Notes under the pieces: model-generated
The model's database searches: none
The model's input: only the letters and a program-made list of their open reading frames with translations
What the model was told of the DNA's origin: nothing
Program-made: the position numbers and the translations under genes
In this document: piece after piece, positions 18,652 through 26,726 of the stretch
How positions within the stretch are numbered: position 1 is the first letter of the stretch
How the letters are laid out: every line of letters starts with the position of its first letter
From: an uncultured Actinomycetes bacterium
GTDB lineage: Bacteria > Actinomycetota > Actinomycetes > S36-B12
Direction: 5' to 3'
DNA length: 57,069 nt
Assembly: GCA_903832025.1 (NCBI GenBank)
Contig: CAIKZY010000162.1
Coordinates: 1-57,069 of the forward strand

Positions 18652-19771
18652 AACTCCCAGGCCGGCGCGAGCACATTCCGCATTCCTTGTGGGGAGCGAA
18701 ACGCAGAACATCGAGCGGTCCTCAGTACTGTCAGGTGTTCAGCGCGTTGTTCGAGAATCACATGCCAGCATCGCCGACACATTGGGAACTCACGGAGCCT
18801 CGCTCGTTCCGGTGCACACGCGGGGCGGACAGCGCACTGGAGCCTTCAGGAGCAACCCGTACCTGGCCTCGGATGACGTGCTGGATCTACCCCCGTACTC
18901 GCTCTCAGACATTGATGTGTTGATGCTGCTGGATTTGAACACGAATGTGGATTTCAGTGCGATCTTTCGGGAGAAGCGCAAGCGATCGCTACCCGTAGTC
19001 GCTCTGGTCCATGACATCTTGCCGCTGATACACCCGCAGTGGTGGGTCGACGATTCCCACCGAGTGTTTCGACTGTGTGTCCAGCAGGTCCTTGCAGTAG
19101 CCGACCACATCGTTGTTACTTCCGACAAGGTGCGCCAAGATCTCGTTCGCCTTGGATGGAGACACAACGCAGCGATCCACGTCATCGGACTCGGTTCACC
19201 ATTTCGGCGACAGAGGCCTGAACCTGTTGAGGATGGACGGCTTTCGATGCTGTATGTCTCAACAGTTGAGCCTCGCAAGGGCCACGACATCCTGCTGGAC
19301 GCATTCGACATGCTTGTCAACGATGGCGTGGATGTTGACCTGACCCTCATCGGGGCGGAAGGCTGGCTGAGTGAGTCGCTGATCGCCCGAATACGTGCCC
19401 ATCCTGAATTCCAGGGGCGACTGCGGTGGCTCGTCAACGCCAACGATCTCGCCGTTGCGACGATTGCTCGACACTGCTCGATTGGAGTGTTCCCAAGTGC
19501 GGATGAAGGGTTTGGCCTGTTCTTGGAAGAGGGCCTGAGCTACGGATTGAAGATGGTAGTCAGTGACATCCCCGTATTCAGAGAGCGAGCCACCGCCAAT
19601 GTCTGGTTCAGCAAGCGCACCCCCGAAGCGCTAGCAAATGCCATTCGACGAAGTCACGAAAGCGATCAGATTGTTGATCCGGTGCGCACCATTCGAAGCA
19701 TGCGAGATTTTGGGGCCGACCTATCTGACCTGCTTCTTCAGGCACTGGGAGTCGCGCAGACCTCAAAATAA
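18644..19771 (+). CDS. Glycosyltransferase family 4 (paralog of 13511..14623)
   Basis: YVSTVEPRKGHDILLDAF ... PSADEGFGLFLEEGLSYGLKMVV. ATG 18644 overlaps the upstream TAG (ATGccTAG). The N-terminus SAFLVGSE aligns with SACVIGSE of the paralog. Confidence 0.8.
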   Translation: MPRTPRPARAHSAFLVGSETQNIERSSVLSGVQRVVRESHASIADTLGTHGASLVPVHTRGGQRTGAFRSNPYLASDDVLDLPPYSLSDIDVLMLLDLNTNVDFSAIFREKRKRSLPVVALVHDILPLIHPQWWVDDSHRVFRLCVQQVLAVADHIVVTSDKVRQDLVRLGWRHNAAIHVIGLGSPFRRQRPEPVEDGRLSMLYVSTVEPRKGHDILLDAFDMLVNDGVDVDLTLIGAEGWLSESLIARIRAHPEFQGRLRWLVNANDLAVATIARHCSIGVFPSADEGFGLFLEEGLSYGLKMVVSDIPVFRERATANVWFSKRTPEALANAIRRSHESDQIVDPVRTIRSMRDFGADLSDLLLQALGVAQTSK

Positions 19772-19798
19772 GTACTTCATCCTTGCTAGTATCGAGCG

Positions 19799-20233
19799 AT
19801 GGATAGTGAAGTCGGTATGTGGAGCATTCGGGACGACTCTGTTTCAATGGAACGCCTGGATGGAGAGACCATCCTCATCAACTTCGAGACTGGTCAGTAC
19901 TTTAGCTTTCGCGGTCCATCAGCCGATATCCTGTGGCTCGTCCAAGCCGGGGTTGATCCCATGCATTGGCCTGCAACCCTAGGCGAATCATTTGAGCATT
20001 TTTCCTGGACCGACCAAGTGCAAACATCCATCATCGATTTCCTCGACAGCCTCTCCGAATTGGGTGTCATCTCGGCGATCACGGAGATGCACGGTGCATC
20101 GGTAGCGCTTCCAGATGACTATGTGCGCACGGAATGGACGGCCCCTTCGGTGTTTGCCAATGACGACCTTGCGGACCTACTAGTGATCGATCCCATCCAC
20201 GACGCGAGTGAAGATGGATGGCCTCAGTCCTAA
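19799..20233 (+). CDS. PqqD-family (RiPP recognition element-like) protein with a roughly 50-aa C-terminal extension
   Basis: LDGETILINFETGQYFSFRGPSADILWLVQAG and IIDFLDSLSELGVI match the PqqD/RRE pattern (strand-strand-strand, then winged-helix helices). Confidence 0.65.
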   Translation: MDSEVGMWSIRDDSVSMERLDGETILINFETGQYFSFRGPSADILWLVQAGVDPMHWPATLGESFEHFSWTDQVQTSIIDFLDSLSELGVISAITEMHGASVALPDDYVRTEWTAPSVFANDDLADLLVIDPIHDASEDGWPQS

Positions 20234-21284
20234 CCGGCGCCAGGCACGAGGTCACTATTTCGCCAGCCAACTTGTCGATGCTGGGAGTACTCAATCCTCA
20301 GCGTGGTTCGACGCCAGACTTGGCCCGTTCGGACTTCGGATTGGATATCGAACCCAGGATGCCTTGTGCGAACTCATCCTGGGGGCATTCATGCAACAGC
20401 GAAGTGCGAATGCGGAATTTCGGCTTTCGATAGTTCGTGCTCATGAGATGCCCCGGCTCCCGCCGATGGAGTGGGCTTCCCCGTGGACCAATGCCGGTCG
20501 CGTGGTGCCCGAGGAAATCACCTATCCGTATCGTGTCTTCATCGATCGAACGACGGGGATTGCGTACGCACTTGACCAGCAACGTGGTGTTGGCACAGTC
20601 TGGATTCGTCGGAACGGTGAACTGGACCTGCGAAGTTTTCTCACGCCCTTTCGCCTGATCCTCAGCTGGATGAGCAATCTTCGAGACGCAGAAATCGTCC
20701 ATGGGTCCGGTGCAGTGATCAATGGTCAGGGAATGGCCTTCAGCGGTGCCTCGGGATCAGGGAAATCGACCTTGGCGATCGCCTGCGGCATTCTGGGAGA
20801 GCAGGCGATTTCCGATGATTGTCTCCTCCTGTACAAGAACACGATGTTCGCCGTCTATTCACGTGCCAAATTGACCCAACACTCCCTGGCGCTGATCGGT
20901 GGACCGAGCATCCCAACGAGCGCCCTTGCACACTCCCGAGGGGCGAAGGAGTACTTCAGACTTCAGTCGCTGGGTACGGGGTACGTCAGCAGCCACGCAT
21001 TGCATCGGTGGTGCTTTCCGATCATCGACAAACGGTCCGCTGCATATGTGTTAACAAAGCGACGGGCATATCGCATGCTCAGTGTGGATTCCCTGCGGGA
21101 GGTATTCGGTGGCGGAGTCAGGAATCGAATTCGCCTCGCGCATGAGGTCGCCAAGCGCCCGTGCACGCGTCTAATGATCTCAGAGTCCATGCCCGACAAT
21201 CTTGCCTTGTTGCGTGCATTGCCCAGCAGTCAGCCAGGCATGCCGATTGCAGCATCGAACTGGAACGGTGAGCCCGATGAGTAG
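20208..21284 (+). CDS. HPr-kinase-related P-loop protein (HprK C-terminal-domain-like)
   Basis: VHGSGAVINGQGMAFSGASGSGKSTLAIAC parallels the HprK/P motif hHGvlv.v.G.GvLi.G.SG.GKSE.AL. Overlaps the PqqD-like stop by about 20 nt. Confidence 0.7.
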   Translation: MKMDGLSPNRRQARGHYFASQLVDAGSTQSSAWFDARLGPFGLRIGYRTQDALCELILGAFMQQRSANAEFRLSIVRAHEMPRLPPMEWASPWTNAGRVVPEEITYPYRVFIDRTTGIAYALDQQRGVGTVWIRRNGELDLRSFLTPFRLILSWMSNLRDAEIVHGSGAVINGQGMAFSGASGSGKSTLAIACGILGEQAISDDCLLLYKNTMFAVYSRAKLTQHSLALIGGPSIPTSALAHSRGAKEYFRLQSLGTGYVSSHALHRWCFPIIDKRSAAYVLTKRRAYRMLSVDSLREVFGGGVRNRIRLAHEVAKRPCTRLMISESMPDNLALLRALPSSQPGMPIAASNWNGEPDE

Positions 21285-22743
21285 GCCGAATGTGCTCTTG
21301 AGCACAGAAGATGTACTGGCGCTCCGCGCAGCCACATCCAGACCGGAGTCCGCGCTGGCGGCCTGGAAGGAACTGATGTCCAGTGTGGACTTCGATGCCA
21401 TTAATGAGAGCACGCAGCGCATCATGCCATCAATATTTCTCAACGTCCGCGGGCAAAATGACATCCCCGATGTCGCCCGAATGCGAGGTGCCTTCAAGTA
21501 CGCCTGGTCTCGAACGACCGAGATGTTGCACTCGGGTCGTGGGCTGTTTCTGGCACTGAATGAATCCGGAATTGACTACCGGATTCTGAAAGGAGCCGCC
21601 GTTCAGGTTGTGAGCAACCGCCTGGGCGCACGAACAATGGCGGACATCGACATGCTGATCGGTGCCAATGACGTCGAGCGAATGATCGAGATCATGAATG
21701 CCCAAGGATTTCGCCGGAGTATGCACTCTGAGTGCAGCGGCCATTCCAGTCAGTCGCACTACGATGCGATGGACTTCAACTCGGACGGCTGCCATATTGA
21801 TGTTCACGTCGCTCAATACAAGGAACCCAGCGCGCTCCTTCAGCTGATGTTGTCTGTCCCTGCGCTGCACGTGCGCGCAGCAGGAGCGCAACTTCCGCTG
21901 CCTCCTCCCGAATTGCTGCTTCTGCACGCGGCATTCCATGGAGCCCAGGCGGCGGGACCTACCGACTTTGTTCAATCGGTAGTGGACGTCCTGGCACTTG
22001 GCGGGATGGTCGATCACGAGCAACTGGTCGAGCAGGCGAGGCAATCCGGAACGCTGGAGGCGCTCCTGGCCCTAAATGCGGCTACCCAGACGGTGGACGA
22101 TGTGAGCTTACATATCAAGGTTCCGGTGAGCGCGAAGATTCGTGCCAGACTGCAGGCGCAGGTACTTCGCGGCAAAGCGCTGATATCCGAATCAAACTCG
22201 ATGTCTGCACGCATCGCAGAACGTCGTCCAAGTAAGCCGCTCGTGTCACTGATCCGAGATCGATTTCAGGGAAAGACGCGGCTCTACCTGACGTGGCTGC
22301 GTACAGGTCGCTTTGCTGTCACCGAGCGTTTTGTCGTTCGGCTCACCGGCGGCTTCCTTGAAGTGCCGCAGCACCCATGGGTATCCGGAACCACCCTGGT
22401 TGCATTCGGCAACTCGTTGCCAGGAAGCATCGTTGGCTCGACAACAGCCCGTGAAGCACTCGACTGGCGCTTTCGAGTGAGGTTTGCCACGCCGGAGGCC
22501 ATGATCAGGGTCAGGCTTATCTCTACGGCTTTCGACAGGCTGGACGCATATCTGTTTTGTAACGGCCGCGGGGTGGCTCGTGTTATTGCGGGAGATATCT
22601 CGAGCCGGAGTGTGACCATTCGTAATGTTCCAGCCAGTGCTGAGTTCTCGCTGCGGGCATTTTGGGACGTCTGCCCGCTTTGCTATCAGGGATTTGATGA
22701 CTTGCAGGTGCGAATTGATCTCGGGGACGTTGCCGGAGCATGA
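21277..22743 (+). CDS. Nucleotidyltransferase family protein (PF14907 / NTP_transf_5-like)
   Basis: GIDYRILKGAAVQVVSNRLGARTMADIDMLIGANDVERMIEIMNAQGFRR matches the characteristic core of the uncharacterised nucleotidyltransferase family. ATG 21277 overlaps the upstream stop (ATGAgTAG). Confidence 0.65.
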   Translation: MSRPNVLLSTEDVLALRAATSRPESALAAWKELMSSVDFDAINESTQRIMPSIFLNVRGQNDIPDVARMRGAFKYAWSRTTEMLHSGRGLFLALNESGIDYRILKGAAVQVVSNRLGARTMADIDMLIGANDVERMIEIMNAQGFRRSMHSECSGHSSQSHYDAMDFNSDGCHIDVHVAQYKEPSALLQLMLSVPALHVRAAGAQLPLPPPELLLLHAAFHGAQAAGPTDFVQSVVDVLALGGMVDHEQLVEQARQSGTLEALLALNAATQTVDDVSLHIKVPVSAKIRARLQAQVLRGKALISESNSMSARIAERRPSKPLVSLIRDRFQGKTRLYLTWLRTGRFAVTERFVVRLTGGFLEVPQHPWVSGTTLVAFGNSLPGSIVGSTTAREALDWRFRVRFATPEAMIRVRLISTAFDRLDAYLFCNGRGVARVIAGDISSRSVTIRNVPASAEFSLRAFWDVCPLCYQGFDDLQVRIDLGDVAGA

Positions 22744-22750
22744 GCGAACC

Positions 22751-23548
22751 ATGTTGAGCCGGGTTTATCAGAGCCGGAGTTTGGTGTGGGCCTTCATGCG
22801 GCGCGACGTGTCTGTTCGCTATAGAACGAGTGTATTGGGATGGCTCTGGTCTTTGGCTCAGCCTCTGGCCACATTGCTCCTTTTCTTCGTGGTGTTCTAC
22901 TACATCTTCCATGCCCAGGCACCACCATTAGGGAACGGACGTGGATCGTCATACCCGATCTTCATCTTCTGCGGATTGGTCACATGGAACCTGTTTGCCG
23001 GCATGCAACCGGTCTCGATTACGACCATGGAATCCTGCGCGGAATTGCTGGGAAAAGTTCATTTTCCGGGCTGGGCACCAGTCCTCGGAGCCCAGCTGGT
23101 CCAGGCACTCCAGATTCTGCTGGAATTCGTCGTCCTACTTCTTGTGCTGCTGTGCATTGGAAATGTCAGCTGGACCTGGTTGCTGGCAATACCGATCCTC
23201 CTGGGCACGGTGCTGTTCGCCATGGGAATCGGACTGCTGATCTCTGCCCTGAGCGCCCATTTCGGTGACGTGAAGGAAGGAGTCACCACTGCCCTGCTAC
23301 TTCTGTACTTCGCAACGCCCATCATGTATCCCATCAGCATGCTTCATGGCCGCAATGCGGCTCTTTCCTTCGTAGTTCACGCAAATCCCATGTCGTGGTA
23401 CGTCAATGGTGTCCACAATGTGCTGTACTCGCTGGTCGCTCCATCCGTGCCAGTGCTCATCGGCCTACTGGCTGCAGGCGCGCTCACATTCTGGACCGGC
23501 CTGGTGGTCTTCGATCGAGCAAGCAGGGACCTAGTCGAACTTCTGTGA
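22751..23548 (+). CDS. ABC-2 type polysaccharide/teichoic-acid export permease (Wzm/TagG-like)
   Basis: RSLVWAFMRRDVSVRYRTSVLGWLWSLAQPLATLLLFFVVF is the hallmark N-terminal region, followed by 6 TM segments. The ATG at 22751 lies 8 nt after the upstream stop. No adjacent ATPase gene. Confidence 0.85.
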   Translation: MLSRVYQSRSLVWAFMRRDVSVRYRTSVLGWLWSLAQPLATLLLFFVVFYYIFHAQAPPLGNGRGSSYPIFIFCGLVTWNLFAGMQPVSITTMESCAELLGKVHFPGWAPVLGAQLVQALQILLEFVVLLLVLLCIGNVSWTWLLAIPILLGTVLFAMGIGLLISALSAHFGDVKEGVTTALLLLYFATPIMYPISMLHGRNAALSFVVHANPMSWYVNGVHNVLYSLVAPSVPVLIGLLAAGALTFWTGLVVFDRASRDLVELL

Positions 23549-23720
23549 AGGCTGCGTGCCAAGCGCAGAATCTGCCCGAACATGCGTGCGGCAATGGGCC
23601 AGCCGATGCGCCCCGCAGCAATGAGCACGAACCTCTTGGCGCATCCGAATCTGCACTTTCTACCATCGCTTGAGGACATTGAGCGCACCTGCGCACTATT
23701 GCCGCACCCCAAATCTCCTC

Positions 23721-24899
23721 TCAACTGCCCGGTCCTCGATGGGTTCGATTGCGCAAGCGGATCGCAATCGCCTCCCGAATATGGTCTGTGAGCCAGCGCG
23801 CATGCGCAGCACCCTCCAGGACGGTTAGCTTCACATCTCCAATGTGCACATAGGGCCAGACGTGTGCGGGATGCCGCAGAAGTTCCCAGTGGCCACCGTT
23901 GGGTCTTAATCCACTTCGCAGAGTTCGGGTCAGATGTCTTACCCGAATGGGCTGCTGCGTCGATACCTGTCTGGGCGTCAGGACGGTCCATTGATCCAAC
24001 TGTGGCGTGGTCAGGGCTGCGGAGAAATCCACGCCGAGAGCACGCGCATATGCGTGCCAATTATTCGGTCGCATGTCAAATTCGAAAATGCAGTAACTTC
24101 CATCGTGTTGTCGAACTGTTGAGATATTGGCCAGGCCATGCATGCCGAGCTCGTGTCCGATTGCCTGAAGGTCGCAGAAGAGTTTGGGATCCTGTGCCGT
24201 GACAAACTCGCGAACTGTCGACACTCCCCAAGAACTCATCACTTCGACGATGCGACTGACCGAGGCAACGACCAACCTCCCGTAGATGTACAACGCGTCA
24301 ATGCTGTATTCATCACCGGGTACGAACTCCTCAACGAGCAGCGGCTGACCGCACTGGAAGAAGGAAGCCGGTGGAAGGTCGCATGGACTCGTCACGACGG
24401 TAATTCCGAAGCCGCCGCCGTTGTGCGCCTCTTTGACCACGGCCGGGTAGCCGATCAGCTCAACGGCCGCGGCAATTTCATGTGGTCCGTCGATGATCTG
24501 AAATCTCGGATGGTTGACTCCAGCCTGAGCGAATACCCGTGCCATGCCGATCTTTGACCCAACCGCATGAAGGTGTGAGATATCTGAGATTGGCAGGAGT
24601 GCGAGCTTGAGTTCGTCTGGAAGGGTGCTGTGTGCGACCTCACGAAGAAGCCCATCCTCGCTGAAGATCACCATGTCACTGTCACCATTGACGGTCACCG
24701 CCATGTATTCAAGTTGGCGCAATCGTTCGTGTGGCTCTTTCGAGAGCGGGGTGTATCTATCAGTGGAGTTCGACCACCGGAGTCGGGATGAAGAAGGTCC
24801 GAGGACGTCAGTCCTCATGCCCGCATCCTTGAACAGTGGTAATAGTCGAGCGATCGAGTCCGGCCGCTGGGTTACGAAGACCGCACGCTTGAGACTCAC
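23721..24899 (-). CDS. ATP-grasp domain protein
   Basis: LIGYPAVVKEAHNGGGFGITVV, LLVEEFVPGDEYSIDALY and IFEFDMRPNN are consistent with the ATP-grasp fold. Confidence 0.7.
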   Translation of the reverse strand: MSLKRAVFVTQRPDSIARLLPLFKDAGMRTDVLGPSSSRLRWSNSTDRYTPLSKEPHERLRQLEYMAVTVNGDSDMVIFSEDGLLREVAHSTLPDELKLALLPISDISHLHAVGSKIGMARVFAQAGVNHPRFQIIDGPHEIAAAVELIGYPAVVKEAHNGGGFGITVVTSPCDLPPASFFQCGQPLLVEEFVPGDEYSIDALYIYGRLVVASVSRIVEVMSSWGVSTVREFVTAQDPKLFCDLQAIGHELGMHGLANISTVRQHDGSYCIFEFDMRPNNWHAYARALGVDFSAALTTPQLDQWTVLTPRQVSTQQPIRVRHLTRTLRSGLRPNGGHWELLRHPAHVWPYVHIGDVKLTVLEGAAHARWLTDHIREAIAIRLRNRTHRGPGS

Positions 24900-25045
24900 G
24901 AGGTGAGACTAGAACAGGTCTGCATCACGACACCTGGTGGTTCGATCCGGGAAGCTTCACCGAGAGCGGCATCTCTGAAGCGCAGCACGCCACGGCAGGC
25001 TACCGTGGTGGCCGATCAGAGCTCACTGGGGAAGGGAAAGCGGCT

Positions 25046-25861
25046 GTGAATGCCGATGACGCATCTCCCCAGATTCCAGGACGGGTTGCTGTGGGCCCGG
25101 TCGCGGTCGCGGCGGGCACTCGTGAGCAAGCGGTTGAGGTCATCTGGAACTGGGCGGTGGCCTCAAGGGCTAGTGGTCGAAGCGTGCACTTTTGCAATGC
25201 GTACAGCCTGGCTCTGGCCGACAGTGACCACGGGTATGCACGGTGCCTGAATGCAGGCGATCTGACCTGTGCGGACGGGGTTCCGGTCGTCTGGGCACAG
25301 CGCTGGCTGCATGGGCTGCATGAATCACGTGCACGACGTGTCTACGGCCCTGACGTCATGGCCGATATGTTCAGTCGCAGCGATCCATTCGGCGTGAAGG
25401 GACCACGGCATTACCTGCTCGGAGGCACGCCATCCGCACTTGACGCGCTGCGAACTTCCATTGAGCGGAAGTGGCCTGGCGCGCAGATCGCGGGATCTGA
25501 ATCACCCTCCTTCAATCCTCCGACTGACGCTGACCTGGCACAGCGTGATGCGCGCATCCTTGCCAGTGGAGCACGCGTGGTCTGGGTTGGTCTTGGGACG
25601 CCAAAGCAGGATTACGAAGCCAGGCGACTGGCCTTGAGTCTTCCGGTGGTCGCACTGGCTGTCGGCGCTGCATTTGACTTCATTTCGGGCAGCAAGCCGC
25701 AGGCGCCCGGATGGATGCAGCGCAGTGGAACCGAGTGGGTATTCCGGCTCGCATCTGAGCCGCGTCGACTGGCCCATCGATATCTCTGGGGTAACCCGCG
25801 CTTTGTCGTCAGCGTCGTCAGGCAACGCATCAACAACGCGACAACGCACACGTCCGGCTGA
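25046..25861 (+). CDS. WecB/TagA/CpsF family glycosyltransferase (GT26, ManNAc/ManNAcA-transferase type)
   Basis: CADGVPVVWA, HYLLGGTP, VWVGLGTPKQDYEA and AVGAAFDFISGSKPQAPGWMQRSGTEWVFRLASEPRRL are canonical GT26 motifs. GTG start. Confidence 0.85.
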   Translation: MNADDASPQIPGRVAVGPVAVAAGTREQAVEVIWNWAVASRASGRSVHFCNAYSLALADSDHGYARCLNAGDLTCADGVPVVWAQRWLHGLHESRARRVYGPDVMADMFSRSDPFGVKGPRHYLLGGTPSALDALRTSIERKWPGAQIAGSESPSFNPPTDADLAQRDARILASGARVVWVGLGTPKQDYEARRLALSLPVVALAVGAAFDFISGSKPQAPGWMQRSGTEWVFRLASEPRRLAHRYLWGNPRFVVSVVRQRINNATTHTSG

Positions 25862-25901
25862 CGTTGAATACTTCGTACCCTTCAAACGCCATCAAGTGAA
25901 T

Positions 25902-26726
25902 TCATCCACGCCAAAGCCGGTGCACGATCGACCAGCCCGCGTACAGCGGCCATTCCCATCCTGCATGTCTGCGAAGAAATCTGACCTGAGATCGCCAGGG
26001 AAGGCCGGTCACCGGATCCTGTGAATTCCTCCAGCGCGTTCGTAGGCCGCCGGTCATCGCTGCGCGGGGAGCGTTCCTGCGGCATGTGCCGGCGAATCCG
26101 GGCGCTTGTCGTATCTGGACACCAGCCCCGGTTGCGCGCAATCCGTAGTCGAAATCCGCATACGCGTGCGCAAAATGTCCATCAATGGCTCCGACCGTAT
26201 CCCGTATGGCACGCGGGATTACAACGACATTTCCGTGAAAGGTGTCGGCGAGTTGCACGTCGTGACTGGTGGGAAGGAGCCGCACGCGCTGCGGGTGCCT
26301 GTCTCGCAATCGGACAGCCCCGTAACTGAGGTTGCCATCATCGGGATCGCATGTGGCACCGATGGCGATTCCGGGCACGGGTGAGCAGGCAATTTCGAAA
26401 AGGCGTGGCAGGCAATGTTCGTCCAGGACGACGTCATCGTTGATCCAGAGAAACAGATCAGGATCCCATGCCACCGCTGCTTGTTCCGTTTTGGCCATGC
26501 CCGCTGCCCAGTAGAGACTTCCGCTTCCGGGGATGACCAGTAAATCCTCGTAGGTTGCCCGTGCTCGGATGATCGTGTCATCCGTGCATCCGTCATCGGT
26601 CATGAACACTCGGACTTGAGATGTCGGCAGATGGTGAACGGCAGCCCGGAGTGACCGTAAGCAGCGTTGTGTCATTGCAGATCGATTGTGCACGGTCATC
26701 AGCACGGCAACTCGTACCTGATTCAT
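25902..26726 (-). CDS. Glycosyltransferase family 2
   Basis: VAVLMTVHNRSAMTQRCLRSL ... MTDDGCTDDT ... NDDV. ATG 26726 overlaps the upstream stop (ATGA). Confidence 0.8.
   Translation of the reverse strand: MNQVRVAVLMTVHNRSAMTQRCLRSLRAAVHHLPTSQVRVFMTDDGCTDDTIIRARATYEDLLVIPGSGSLYWAAGMAKTEQAAVAWDPDLFLWINDDVVLDEHCLPRLFEIACSPVPGIAIGATCDPDDGNLSYGAVRLRDRHPQRVRLLPTSHDVQLADTFHGNVVVIPRAIRDTVGAIDGHFAHAYADFDYGLRATGAGVQIRQAPGFAGTCRRNAPRAAMTGGLRTRWRNSQDPVTGLPWRSQVRFLRRHAGWEWPLYAGWSIVHRLWRG

Noticed and set aside
20208-21284. HprK-like P-loop protein as the missing Wzt ATPase for the Wzm permease
   Set aside because: It has a Walker A-type loop but no ABC signature (LSGGQ), Q-loop or H-loop pattern. The surrounding sequence matches the HprK C-terminal domain instead.
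23582-23791. 69-aa plus-strand ORF just after Wzm, considered as a RiPP precursor (MRAAMGQPM...SPPEYGL)
   Set aside because: No RBS is evident. Its last 70 nt run antisense into the ATP-grasp coding region. There is no leader/core-like organisation or repeated Ser/Thr/Asp/Glu core. It remains untested rather than disproven.
23377-24060. 227-aa minus-strand ORF overlapping the Wzm 3' end and the ATP-grasp gene in another frame
   Set aside because: It conflicts with two motif-supported genes and is Arg/Cys/Ala-rich with no motifs.
19799-24899. Interpretation as a lasso-peptide (or other known RiPP) gene cluster
   Set aside because: No asparagine-synthetase-like cyclase, no transglutaminase-like leader peptidase and no precursor ORF are recognisable. 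The flanking genes are glycan-assembly genes. It is kept as a novel-context finding instead.
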